Numbered from the whole stretch's first letter, positions 39,213 to 51,282 are shown. The stretch is DNA of 63,511 bases, filler included, from Basidiobolus ranarum (GCA_040143965.1; 26 parts of 26 records of this genome joined end to end with filler, not necessarily neighbours in it), one strand, 5' to 3'. A program made the numbers and translations. Notes: a model not told the origin generated them from the sequence alone.

Positions 39213-41555
39213 AACCAACCAAGAAGCCTCACAATAGGGAGTCTCCAAGTGAACACAAGGCGAAGAGTAGTGAGCATGATGAACGTTCTGTTCATCCTTC
39301 GAGCAAATCTGATGTTGAAAGCCGTACCGCGAAACCAACCGAGAAACCTCATTCTAGTGAATCTCAAGGTGAACACAAGTCGAAGAGTGGTGTGCACGAT
39401 GAAAGTTTTGTTCATCCTGCTCGCAAGCATAACTCTCAAAGTCACAATGTGATTCCAACTGAGAAGCCTCACTCTAGAGAGTCTAAAAGTGAACGCGAGT
39501 CCAAGAGTAGTGAGCGTGAGGCAAGTTCTGTTCATTCTTCGACCAAATCTGATGTTGAAAGCCATGCCGCGAAAGCAACAGAGAAGCCTCACTCTAGTGG
39601 ATCACAAGGTGAACCAAAGTCGAAGACGAGCGAACATGTTAAAAGTTCGGTTTATTCATCTGGTGAGACTACCTCTGAAAGCCGTGCCGCGAAACCGACC
39701 CACAAGCCGCACTCTAGTGAATCTCAAGGTAAACACAAGTTGAAGACGATTGAGGAAGTTAAAAGTTCAGTTCATCCTTCTGGCAAGTCTTCCTTCGAAA
39801 GCCGCGACGCGGAACCGACCGAGAAACCTCACAATAGTGAGTCTGAAAGTCAGGACAAGTCAAAGAGTAGTGAGCATGATGAAAGTCCTGTTCATCCTAC
39901 TAGCAAGCATTACATTGAAAGCCATCGTGCGAAACCGTCCGAGAAGCCTCAGTCTAGTAAATCTCAAGGTGAACACAAGTCGAAGAGTAGTGAGAATGAT
40001 GAAAGTTCTGTTCATCCTTCGAGAAAGCATAACTCTGAAAGCCATGACGCGAAACCAACCGAGAAGCCTCACAATAGTGAGTCTCGAAGTGAACACGAGT
40101 CAAATAGTAGTGAGAATGATGAAAGTTCTGTTCATTCTTCTAGCAAATCTCATGTTGAAAGTTCTGTCGCGAAACCTACCGGGAAGTTGCACAGTAGTAA
40201 GTCTCTAAGGGATCACAAGCTGAATAGTAGCGACCATGATGAAAGTTCTGTTCGACCTTCGAGCTACTATGACTCTGATAGCCGTGACGCGAAACCAACT
40301 GAGAAGCCTTACTCTAGTGAATCTCACAGTGAACACAATGAAATTTCAGTTCATCATTCAGGCAAGTCTTCCTCGGAAACCCATACCGCTAAATCAACTG
40401 AGAAGCCTCACTCTAGTGAATCAAGAAGTGAACACGAGTCAAAGAAGAACCAAAATGCCAAAGGTTCTGTACATTCTTTGAGCAAATCTCATGTTGAAAA
40501 CCATGAGGCGAAACCAACCGAGATTCCTCACTCTGAATCTCAAAGAGAACACGAATCAAAGAAGAATGAACGGGCTGAAAGTTCGGTTCATCCTTCTATC
40601 AAGTCGCACTCTGTAGGCCATCACGTGAAGCCAACAGAAAAATATCCAACCAGTGAATCTCAAAGTGAACCAGAGTCTAAAATTAGCGAACATACTGAAA
40701 GTTCTGCTTATTCAAGCGAGTCTCGCTCTACAAGGTCTCACATTAAGCCAACTGAGAAGCCTTACATAAGCGAATCACAAAGTGAACGTGAGTCAAAGAA
40801 GACCGAACGCACGGAAACATTTGTTCGCCATTCCCGCAAATCTCAATCTTCTAGCCATCGTACGAAACCAACCGAGAAGCCTCACATCCGTGGATCTCAA
40901 AGTGAACACCAGTCAGAGAAGAGCGATCATAGTAAAGGTTCTGATTATTATTCAAGCGGATCCCGCTCAGAGAGCCATCAAGTGAAGCCAACAGGGAAAA
41001 ATAATTCTTCTCAAAGCGTAGAAGCAGGAACTAGTGAAAGAACTGTTACAGAGCCAACGATTACAGTAACCAAACCGACTGTAACTCTATATCCAACGGT
41101 GAAAACAGTTATCAAGACTGCCGCAGCTGGTCATATTCATACCGAATTACACTCTTTTACTGTCACCAAGACCATCGATCATCATCAGAATAAGACCTCC
41201 CGAAGTGATAAGGAAGTAACTAGGGAAAGAACTGTCACGGAACCTACAGTTACGGTCACTGAACCGACAGTTACGATTTATCCAAGTGTGAGAACAATCA
41301 TCAAGACTGACTCTACCGGAAGAAATCGTACCGAAAATCGTACTGTTACAGTAACTGACAATATTCAACATCATAGTAACACTGAATCAGCTGTAAGTGA
41401 CTCTAATAGTGGAACGGTAGCAACTGGTGAAATAACTGTTACAGAACCAACTATCACAGTTACCAAACCCACAGTTACTTTATATCCGACGGTGAGAACC
41501 GTCATCAAGACTGACACCGCTGGCCATATTCATACCGAATATCACTCTTCTACTG
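39213..41555 (+). CDS. Large Ser/His/Glu/Lys-rich tandem-repeat protein (internal fragment), probably secreted or cell-surface
   Basis: Frame open across the whole contig; about 15 units of a 40-aa (120-nt) repeat KPTEKPHSSESQ.EHKSKSSEHDESSVHPS, then three Thr/Val-rich TVTEPTITVTKPTVTLYPTV.TVIKT modules. Confidence 0.85.
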
Positions 41556-42195
41556 NNNNNNNNNNNNNNNNNNNNNNNNNNNNNNNNNNNNNNNNNNNNT
41601 TAATTAATTAANNNNNNNNNNNNNNNNNNNNNNNNNNNNNNNNNNNNNNNNNNNNCGCGGAGAGAGATATTCCAGTTCGCTGCACGCACGTCGCATCACA
41701 ATCTGGGTTCTAGGATGTTGCGAGACTGAATGAAAACCGGTAACGACGATGGTAGACTTGTTTGGAAATGGTTTGGGCAGGAGTGGAGGGCGCTCAAATG
41801 AGTACAAAATCTATCAATATTCCAACTTGCCTTAATAACACTACTGGAAAAAGAAGAAAAGTCAGGTATAACTAATACAAAAAAGAACCTAAGTTAAGGT
41901 AATTAGCCTTTAAGTCAGCAATTCTCGGTGTTTTGATCTAATAGGGTCAAATTCAACAACAAGAGTAACGATACATATGAAATAACGAATACAGGTTTGG
42001 CTGATACCATACCCTGACATCTACCTACCCTGGGCCAGCCTCTACTTCAGCATGCGTTACCTAAGTTTCAACAAAAATTATATCCACTTTCTTATATCCG
42101 ATTTTGCAGTCTCCTGAGCTATGTTTAGTTTGATGATTTATGATTTATTCTTTTGTTTGTGTGATATGAGATGTATACATAAAGAGAAAAATAGT

Positions 42196-42790
42196 TCAAA
42201 TTCCTGATCGGCTAAGTTCTGCGCAGAGGTACTTCTGGAACGAAGGAATGTAGTGATGGTTCATGGGCGTGTAAGGGGCACCAGGGACATCGATGTAATC
42301 ATTAGCCTTTCGAGTGAGCTCATTGAGAGAACCCATCCCATCCTTAAAGCATTCCATTCAGCCAATCTTCCTTCTTTCCAGCTAGAGGTATGGCGTAAAA
42401 TACGGATACTTGCTATACATTACCACTAGGTTCGTTAGTATATATGAGGCGGAATGTTTACTAGGCCAACAAAAGCTACCCTTTGATTCTGAGCTTCCAA
42501 TCATTTAGCAATCTTATAGGCTACCACACCACCGTAAGAATATCCAGCTACAGCGTAGGGACCTTCCGGTTGAGTTTTATTCCATTGATTTCATCAAGCT
42601 CTCAATGCGTAGAATGGACGTTCATTCACGAGATACTTGGCCAAGTTGACAAAGATAAGGACTTCACCTATGCCAGGATGGACATAGAATATAGGCACGC
42701 CTGATCTTGTTACTTGTAACGGGACAACTGGATCATAGTTCTGGTTCGGCGAACCTCCAGCGACATTCGATTTGTGTCGCAAGCGCTCGA
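42196..42790 (-). pseudogene. Thioesterase domain remnant of an A-T-TE NRPS-like enzyme (atromentin/quinone synthetase type)
   Basis: YDPVVPLQVT..PIFYVHPGIGEVLIFVNLAKYLVNERPFYALRA, QPEGPYAVAGYSYGGVVAY (GxSxG), GLVNIPPHI, VFYAIPL.G.KEDWLN, YIDVPG; in-frame stops and two internal deletions. Confidence 0.8.
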
Positions 42791-44105
42791 ATATTTGGAT
42801 ATTACATAATTCTGATGACCGGCCAATTCTGTAATGGAAAATACTGATGAGTAAAAAACTCATGGCTCTTCTGTAGTACCTCTCTGGTCTTACCTTGGCT
42901 AAATCGAAGTATTCAATAATTCTTGCTTTGTATCTATACAATAGAATCCTACTTAATAAATGCAAAAAATCATCGATTAAAGAAAACCCACTTACTATGC
43001 GACTTCTAGAGACGAGCCTCCCATATTAATACACACATATTATCCATCGAATATTTTACACAAGAAGGAAGCCTCCACTTCTACCTAGACCATACAGGTG
43101 ATTATTTTTACCAATTTACTGTAATATCTCATATACTCCGACGATAACAAAAGGTCCATACAATTATGAACTATGATACACTGATAGGGTCTGTTTCATT
43201 GATTTATGTTTACTATAGTACTTATTGAGTGCTGATTGGTACTTATTTTTGTTTACTACAGTTCTTATTGGGTGATAATTGGTCAAAGAATCAATGAGCA
43301 CCGGAAGAAGTTGGACATGTAAGGCTTGATACTAGCAAAAGCTTGCAGGCACGCAGCAGAGAAAATGAAAGTACAACACAACAAGAAAATAATAACAAAG
43401 TCTTTGGCTAGAGGATGATACGTTCTGGTCAAAAGTAAGAATAGGCTGAAGATAGGGTAGAGTGTAGAATAGCGTATGTGGTTGTATACTCATGTTTCAT
43501 CTTTTAGCCAATCAATACTGATTCAGAGAAAACACTCGGTCTTTGGGGACAAGCTCAGCTCAATAATTCTTTCGAGCTTTCTGTGCGCAATGGGTCTATC
43601 GGATCCGTAGTTATGAACTCTCAAACATAACTATCCACAAATGGATGTAGAGTCTATGCTTGGTCCTAACCCTAACCCTATCCCAACCAAACCCGAATAC
43701 TGAAGTCCCTGCTCAGTTGATTTCATACTTCCCACTCTTAGAGTACTTTGCATGGCTAAAGAAAACATATATAGTCTACGTGATCCTGTGACTTGGTGGA
43801 AGTCACTAAATAGAGCGATATACCTGGCCTACTTGGTTATTGGCATTTCTTGGTTTTTGGTTAATCAACCACGATAGAGGTAGAAAATGTGGTTAAGCAT
43901 ACAGGTTATTATGACATGGGGAGCCATAATGTGAGATCCAGTGAATTTAGTATTCAAGTGATGTCATAGTAGTTGCTTATTGATGGTTAATGTCCATANN
44001 NNNNNNNNNNNNNNNNNNNNNNNNNNNNNNNNNNNNNNNNNNTTAATTAATTAANNNNNNNNNNNNNNNNNNNNNNNNNNNNNNNNNNNNNNNNNNNNCT
44101 TCAGT

Positions 44106-45302
44106 TTAGCTATATTCCAAGTCAAGTGGAGAAGCACCTACAACCGGACCAATAAGCTTCTCCATGAATGCCTTATCTTCCTCCACTTTAGTGCGGTTCA
44201 TCATGTAGTCACGGAAACCAAGAGGATCCGTATTCTTGATCTTCCAAATAGGCTTCAACCCAGCTGGTGGACGAATGTCGGTTCTTGGGGACCATGTATC
44301 AGACATGAGATTCTTTTGGACATCATACGATGTTAACCAACTGACGTACAATTTTGCTGTTGCTGGGTGTTTAGCTTTCTTGAATATGGCTCCTGTCTGA
44401 GCCCATGACTGGAAGAATGTAGTCTTGGGAACAAGAGTGGCGGCCTTTTCTCCTGGAGTTGGGTTCAATGATGCTGAAGTGGTGAAACTAACAGTGGAGG
44501 TACCATTGTTGATATAGTACACTGGGGTATTTGTTCCACGGACAGCCAATGGTTTTTGTGCCAGGTAGGCCTTGAACCAGTCTTGGCCGTTTTGTTGAAT
44601 CAGTCTCATGAATTGGTAGAGCACCGCATCATCATCATGGGGATAGGCGTAGATGATCTTGCCATCTTTAAACTCAGGCTTCAAATAGTCAGCAGCCTCA
44701 ATCGGTCTCTGAGCCTTAGGAATGGTGGTACTAACTAGGTTGGTGAAGTAGTAGACATTAGTAGCCCAGTAGTAGCCTTCTGGATCTTTATATGGATTGT
44801 ATGTGTGCTTGAACCCGATAGGCTTGTATCTAGTTGGTAAAAGGATTAGAATCATTAAATCAATGTTATTACTAATAGTAGTTCACTACCTCATCAAAGC
44901 ACCCTCCGCTTTCCAGCGAGGAAAGTCATGTACTGTTTGTAAATGGGTGACATCCGGCTCCAAGGCATCTCCACCCATGGCCAACTGTTTGTCAATCAAC
45001 TCGTCATGATATTTGCTAAGATCAACTGTAATATTGAGCTTGGTGCCAGGGAATTTACTTTCAAATGCCTTGGCTAGACCGGCTCCACCATTAGGCAAAT
45101 CACCCCCTGCAAAGACGGTCACTAATCCTCCCTCCTTCAGAGCACTCTTGTATAACCTTTGGAGCGCAGCTTCTTCACGCTTCACGTAAGAAGGTACATA
45201 CGACGAAGAATAGCGTGCAGTACTTGAGGGAAGTGCGTTAACCAAGGCAAAAGGTAAGATAGCAGCAGTAGTTGCAAACAGAGCGAAAGAGAAATGAACC
45301 AT
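44106..45302 (-). CDS. Secreted ABC-type (Fe3+/thiamine class) substrate-binding-protein-like protein, two exons
   Basis: Signal peptide MVHFSFALFATTAAILPFALVNA; LYKSALKEGGLVTVFAGGD, AFESKFPG, VDLSKYHD, LQTVHDFPRWK, YPHDDDAVLYQF, AIFKKAKHPATAKLYVSW; 60-nt intron 44830-44889 restores LMR|YKP. Confidence 0.88.
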
Positions 45303-46258
45303 TGTAAACTTAAGATATGTAATCTGAATATCGAGACATGGCAAATTGTCCTATGCTTATATAGCTTGATAACAGGTAAAGAGAATGTAGGTACTATATG
45401 GGTATGTTTTATTTCAATGCTTAAAATAATGAGTTCCTCTCAACGGTGGACCTGACAATGCGGTTGCAGGCTATCGGATAATATTTCCAGTTGAGGTTTG
45501 TATTGTGTTCATCAAATTTATTGGACTTAGTAATCAACTATCAGATCGAATACTTCTCTATTTGGGAGAGTAAATATGAATTAAGTATGATGACGAAACA
45601 TCCAAATCTAATCGCAATGTGATACCTTTAAATAAGCTTTAACCTGGGCTTACTGATAATCCTTAAATAGCCAAACTGAGTGAAGCAAAACAGGATGCAC
45701 AAGTCGTTGAAGTTGAGGGTTGAGTTGACTGTAAATACATTGGCTACATATCACCTCATTATGTAGTCCAAGTATAATTACCATATTTGTCCATTTAGTC
45801 TAATACCAAACGCAGAGTCGCCGTTAAATATCGTGATTTATCGGAAAGCTGAGATCAAATGTTTCCTATTAATTTAAAAATTGACTCAATCGAAAACATG
45901 GATCGTTCAGGTACTGTATTAATAATGTTAGCATACCCAATCAGTTCTTTCAGAGAACCAGATACACGTTAAATAGAAATGCATACTGCACACTTCGGCT
46001 TAAATCATCTAAGCTTATGATAAAATACATCGTAAACATATAGGGTAAAAGAAAATATATAGCTGATATAAAGAAATTTATAATTGTAGACGGTCACAGA
46101 AAAAGATGTCAAGTTCGTATATTAAAATTAATCATTGAAAAATCCCGTAGAGTAATTTTGTTGACCTATCTTCTTTATTGATACCTAATACTAGGTTGTA
46201 ATAATAAGTTGGGTATATTTCCTACGCTAAGAGCCTGGCTGTGAAATCAGATTACAGT

Positions 46259-46440
46259 TTAGCTATATTCCAAGCCGAGCGGAGAAGTTCTTACAACTGG
46301 GCCCATAAGCTTCTCCATAAATGCCTTATCTTCCTCCACCTTAGTGCGGTTCATCATGTAGTCTCGAAAGCCAAGAGGATCCGTATTTTTGATCTTCCAA
46401 ATAGGCTTCAACCCAGCTGGTGGACGAATATCAGTTCTTG
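46259..46440 (-). CDS. 3' end of a tandem paralog of the substrate-binding-protein gene
   Basis: Highly similar to 44106-44290, same strand and same stop context, 2153 bp away. Confidence 0.85.
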
Positions 46441-46540
46441 NNNNNNNNNNNNNNNNNNNNNNNNNNNNNNNNNNNNNNNNNNNNTTAATTAATTAANNNN
46501 NNNNNNNNNNNNNNNNNNNNNNNNNNNNNNNNNNNNNNNN

Positions 46541-47610
46541 ATATTTGTTTAGTGTGAAACCATCCAGGGCAATTGCAAATGCAAAATCATATGTGTTCTT
46601 GAAGAAATCTTGACTTTTCTGAATCTGGTAGTGATAGCCATCTAGTACATTGTTAATACTATCAACTTTGCAATCAGTACTTCAGTACTGTAACAATGAT
46701 TAATGTTCAGGTATTTACATCAAAATTTAAGTCTGGAAATTAATAGTTTGTATGCCAAATATGAATGATATTTATCTGATTTGGTCAATGTCATTTATGT
46801 GCAAACAGTTCCTGCCTTCAGGTTTTTGAGAACAGTGGTGAAAGCCAAACTACCATTTGGACATGAAGGTAGTTGAATTACTGAAGGATTTTAAGTCATA
46901 CAATTGTTAAGGGGCTCCACTTGCACCAGGTGTCTGGCAAGCAGCAGTTGCCAATCAGTTGAGATAATAGAGTAAGAAAACTAGCAAAAACCTAGTTACT
47001 AAGATTGGCTTCCACTCTCCAATCCTTGATAGTCATAGCTACTTCCTCTGCTCTAAGTGCTATCAGTGGACTATTGCTCACTTATAGCAAAGAGTCCACA
47101 ATAAAATCAACATCTTCATGTTTGTCTTTATTTGCTATGGTGGCATCCATATTAGAATAACCATGGTGAGCATCAAGCAAAATATTCTCAAAATTTCCTG
47201 GACTCAATGGTTGAACTAAATTTGCACTTCTGCCTATATCATTTTGCTCATATAACTGTGGTAACTCCAGGATATCTTGACTTTTGGCAGTTTCAACCTA
47301 ATTTTCAGATAAAGCATAGGCAATGGACTTGGCAGGTGAAACTAAAGTTGTTTTTGTGCACTAATCACTCTTGATGCTCACCAGGCTTTGTGCAGTTGGA
47401 GGCTTTGTTTAGTGACTATGCTGTGCCTACTTTTTCAAACAAGCCTCTGGCTTTCATAGCACCACAATTTGTGAGAAAAATTGTTGGGTTTCTTTGAATA
47501 TTGCAGTTGGTGCATGTGAAGGAATTGTATAATAAAGAGCACCCACTATGTCAGGCGGTATTTTGGAAATATTTAATCAATATCATCAGCTGATTCATAG
47601 ATGGTGTCAC
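46541..47610 (-). mobile_element. Degenerate CACTA transposase 5' portion
   Basis: Collinear with 59040-60110 (LPSCPNG, LDGYHYQ, FAIALDG). Confidence 0.8.
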
Positions 47611-47986
47611 TGTTCCCAAGCTTGATATGACAGATTGGATAAAAGTGTTTAGGGGATCTGAAAGTGTTTTGAACAAGATTTGGATCTGTCAATTAAACAC
47701 TTAAGTTTTATTGAACTAAATAGGTCCTATTTATGTTTGGCTTTGAAGTAAGACTATTGGACATACTTAGATCATAACAAACATGGCTGTTAAGCATATA
47801 CAAAAGTATTGGGTGATTTGGAGAAGCTTTGAGAAAATAGTGAAATTGGTAAAAGTGATCTAATTGATATTGCCATTGATTAGAGCAATAAACACATGTT
47901 TTTGAATGGCATAACTGAGTAACATATATTCAGAATATTTATAAACTACTATTAAATATTGTATTGCTATTTATCTCACTTCAACA
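47611..47986 (-). repeat. Candidate LTR (family D)
   Basis: TGTTGAAG...GGAACA, 376 bp; its first ~110 bp recur at about 63399-63511, also interrupting a CACTA copy; no TSD. Confidence 0.45.
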
Positions 47987-48237
47987 AGATCAATAGTATG
48001 TTTTAGCTAGACCAAAAGCAGCACTTTGTTGATGAATTGAAGCAAAAAATAAAGTTTCATATAAACACCCAAGCCCCACACACCGTAGTACTGCCAGTCA
48101 TTATTGTATTCATCTGTGACACTGCCATATATGCACTGACAGAAATTTAAGAATTAATAATGCAAGAAAATCATCACAATTTCTATCCATTTTGAATCAA
48201 CCATTTACTTATTATTGACTTATGGAGAGAGAAATAT

Positions 48238-48309
48238 TGGCCTGGTCAGGATTTAACCTGGGATCTCCTTCACTCTAGCAAGGTGCTCTAACCACTGACC
48301 TACCAGCCC
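48238..48309 (-). pseudogene. Degenerate tRNA-like sequence (tRNA pseudogene or SINE head)
   Basis: GGGCTGG TA GGTC AGTGGTTA GAGC A CCTTG CTAGAGT GAAGG AGATC CCAGG TTAAAT CCTGA CCAGGCC A: cloverleaf order with A- and B-box-like motifs, but one mismatch per stem and a 6-nt T loop. Confidence 0.65.
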
Positions 48310-48474
48310 TTGTATGCTATGCTTATATTGCTAGGGAACCTTAACCTAGTCTGTCAATGTATGGTACTTTGGCATTTCAGCTATACAAGCAACTGATTGG
48401 CCTTAGACTTTGTGTTTGGATACAGTCACCATACTCCATATTTTCCTCTTTGGGATTTACTGCTTGTACCACAA

Positions 48475-48881
48475 GTCACCAGACTTTCAACAGGAGTGGT
48501 CCATCCTTTTTCTTAACAAATAAGATTGGAGAGCCTGCTGGGGACTTTGAATGTTGGATAAATCCATTCTCCAGATTTTCTGCAATATATGCTTTCAGAA
48601 TCTTGAGTTCTGGCAAGGTCAGCCCACATATAGGCCCAAATAGTTGTTGTTTTCCTTCTTGTAGATCTATAGGGCAATCATATAGGTGGTGAGCTGGGAG
48701 TATATCAGATTTCTTCTTGTCAAAGACATCAGCAAAGGCTTGGTATTTGGCTGGGAGCTAATGAACCATAGGTTTTGTTAGTTTCAGCTCTTCAGCAACA
48801 CTGTCAATGGATATTTGACTTATAGGTGTTTTTAGGAGTTGGGCTGATGATGAGTTGGATACTTTGCAGATTGGCAAATAC
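48475..48881 (-). mobile_element. Ty3/Gypsy (Tf1/Tf2-like) RT N-terminal fragment
   Basis: YQAFADVFDKKKSDILPAHHLYDCPIDL...LKAYIAENLENGFIQHSKSPAGSPILFVKKKDG. Confidence 0.85.
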
Positions 48882-49350
48882 NNNNNNNNNNNNNNNNNNN
48901 NNNNNNNNNNNNNNNNNNNNNNNNNTTAATTAATTAANNNNNNNNNNNNNNNNNNNNNNNNNNNNNNNNNNNNNNNNNNNNTCAAAAAATTGATCAACCT
49001 AGAATGCTCCAGAGGGCGCTAGAGTCTATATGCATATCCAAATTAAATTACACCACCTCTTCGATTACACTGCAGTTATTTCTTTCTCCACATCTGCTAT
49101 GAATAGAGTAATCGGGATAGATTCTTGTTGACAGAGCGGCTATACATTATCATATTCTAAACTTGGCGCAAAGATATCAAGATGAAACAAGTCACAATTG
49201 TATTACAAAGCTCAGTATTTCAAGTATGGTGTTGAGAAATGATTTATTTCAGGGCTGCATGTGTATCTACATGTACAAAGCGTGTTTCCAAATTGTTAGG
49301 ATAGAGAAGCGATTAGGGGTATATTACAATGTCTACTGTGATGTAGATTC

Positions 49351-49518
49351 TCAATGATTCTTGACACCTGACATGCGAGAGGGATATAGACGAAGATCTT
49401 TATCAGTGGCGATCTTCTTACCCATGCTGTAGAAAGCAAATCCGACGGCACCACTCAAGACGGCGATAAGAGGAGTAACTTCGACTGGGACTTTTCTCAA
49501 GGCAGTTCCGAGGCTCAT
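49351..49518 (-). CDS. MIN8: NDUFA4/MLRQ/B12D-family mitochondrial microprotein (Min8-like), copy 1, 55 aa
   Basis: MSLGTALRKVPVEVTPLIAVLSGAVGFAFYSMGKKIATDKDLRLYPSRMSGVKNH*; K.PVE.TPL, one TM and KK..TD..LRL as in yeast Min8; TTATATAA ~65 nt upstream. Confidence 0.8.
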   Translation of the reverse strand: MSLGTALRKVPVEVTPLIAVLSGAVGFAFYSMGKKIATDKDLRLYPSRMSGVKNH

Positions 49519-50251
49519 GTTTAGTTATTATTGGTGAATTAGCTTGGTTTAGAATGAATGTATATGATGAGCGTCACTTAACTTATATAAGATATCCCAG
49601 TAATTTTCGGCAGTTCCAGAACAGTCAATATACTACAGTGTGATCAAATCATCGCGCTAACCCGCTATGCTATTCAATCTCATGATATTGTTGGCATGCA
49701 CTATTCCTGGAAATATTAATGTCTAGAACCTCCATTTCCCAGAGAGTAAATACTTCCATACTTGCGATTACCTATATGGATAGATTCTTATTATTAAAAG
49801 ATCTTCATTAATAGAAAAATGAATACTCACCACTTATTCATTTATTTATTTGGTTTAAGTATCAGGCGCCTCCAAATTATTGACTAACCTAGAATGTTCA
49901 AGGATACGAACCTCTGGAGTAAATAACTCCGCCTCTTTGATTACGCTAGAGCTATGAGTAGTTACTGAAAAATAGTTCGAAATTTAGCTCAGAGGTACCA
50001 AGTCCCCTACAATATAGACTGAAGTTTTTTCTCGACTTCACTTGGGTATTTGAGGACAATCCGGATACACTATTATAATACTGCTATCTCGTTGAATAAT
50101 ATTAGCGTCAATATCAAATCCCGTCAGTTTGAATATACTGAAAAACAGTTTATTTAAAAATCACATGGTGCATGTACAATAAATATTTTTAAAATGTTGA
50201 GGCTGAGAGAGGACCAAAAATATAATACAGCGTCTACCGTGATGAAGATTC

Positions 50252-50419
50252 TTAATGGTTCTTGACATTGGACATGTGTGAGGGATATAGACGAAGATCT
50301 TTATCAGTAGCGATCTTCTTGCCCATGCTGTAGAAAGCAAACCCAATGGCACCACTCAAGACGGCGATAAGAGGAGTAACTTCGACTGGGACTTTTCTCA
50401 AGGCAGTTCCGAGGCTCAT
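50252..50419 (-). CDS. MIN8: NDUFA4/Min8-like microprotein, copy 2, 55 aa
   Basis: MSLGTALRKVPVEVTPLIAVLSGAIGFAFYSMGKKIATDKDLRLYPSHMSNVKNH*; upstream TATA conserved. Confidence 0.8.
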   Translation of the reverse strand: MSLGTALRKVPVEVTPLIAVLSGAIGFAFYSMGKKIATDKDLRLYPSHMSNVKNH

Positions 50420-51114
50420 GTTTAGGTATTATTGGTGAATTAGCTGGGTTTAGAATGAGTTGAGCTGATGAACATCTCTCTGTTTATATAAGATATCTCA
50501 GTGATTTTCAGCGGTTCCAGAACTGTCGATGGTCTCCAGCGTGACCAAGCCATCGAACATACTGACTATGAAACATCAAACCGACAATGTGCTTGCCATA
50601 CATACATTTGTCCTGAGAAGATTAGCACCTAGAACCTCCTTTTCCTAAATAGTTACCGAGATCTATTCGCTTATTTATCTTTAGCCTTATGCCTTGCTAA
50701 ATATTTTACCACCGAAGAATGCTCGAGAGTAGGTTAGGTAAATTATCCTGTATCTAGGATTAAACTTATTTATCACCTGACTCACTAGGACTAGAATAAT
50801 CTAATTATTTTCCTGTTGATAAAGATTGAACAAACTCGCATTGCGATGAGTTGTTCTAAATGTCCAACCAAAGTTTTGGAAGCACGAACAGTAATTAAGA
50901 TACCAACCCTAAGAAAAATAAACAACTACTTAAGAAACACTAAAACTCACTATAACATCAGCTGCAATATCAAGATTCACTAGTTTGAGTATATTAGTGA
51001 AGAATAATTTATTTCAGGGCTACAGGTGTATTCTACATGCGCATGTTTGTTTTCAAAATGTTGAGATAGAGAAGCGATTAGGGATATATTACAATGTCTA
51101 CGTGCTGTAGATTC

Positions 51115-51282
51115 TCAATGATTCTTGACACTTGACATATGAGAGGGATACAGACGAAGACTGTTATCGGTAGCGATCTTCTTGCCCATACTGTAGAAAG
51201 CAAACCCAATGGCACCACTCAAGACGGCGATAAGAGGAGTAACTTCGACTGGGACTTTTCTCAAGGCAGTTCCGAGGCTCAT
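51115..51282 (-). CDS. MIN8: NDUFA4/Min8-like microprotein, copy 3, 55 aa
   Basis: MSLGTALRKVPVEVTPLIAVLSGAIGFAFYSMGKKIATDNSLRLYPSHMSSVKNH*. Confidence 0.8.
   Translation of the reverse strand: MSLGTALRKVPVEVTPLIAVLSGAIGFAFYSMGKKIATDNSLRLYPSHMSSVKNH

Noticed and set aside
43205-43285. About 43-bp imperfect direct duplication
   Set aside because: Two units only, with no associated feature; ordinary local duplication.
43665-43680. CCTAACCCTAACCCTA telomere-like tract
   Set aside because: Fewer than three units and internal; too short to call.
34325-46440. Apparent HGT or secondary-metabolite cluster (CBM5/12, NRPS-like TE, SBP close together)
   Set aside because: The genes are on separate unlinked contigs; proximity results from sorting by length.
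48238-48309. Functional tRNA-Ser(AGA) gene
   Set aside because: Mismatch in every stem, defective T loop and no long variable arm; kept only as a tRNA-like relic.
50161-50355. 64-aa ORF in the ORF track
   Set aside because: Alternative frame overlapping Min8-like copy 2; not conserved in copies 1 and 3.
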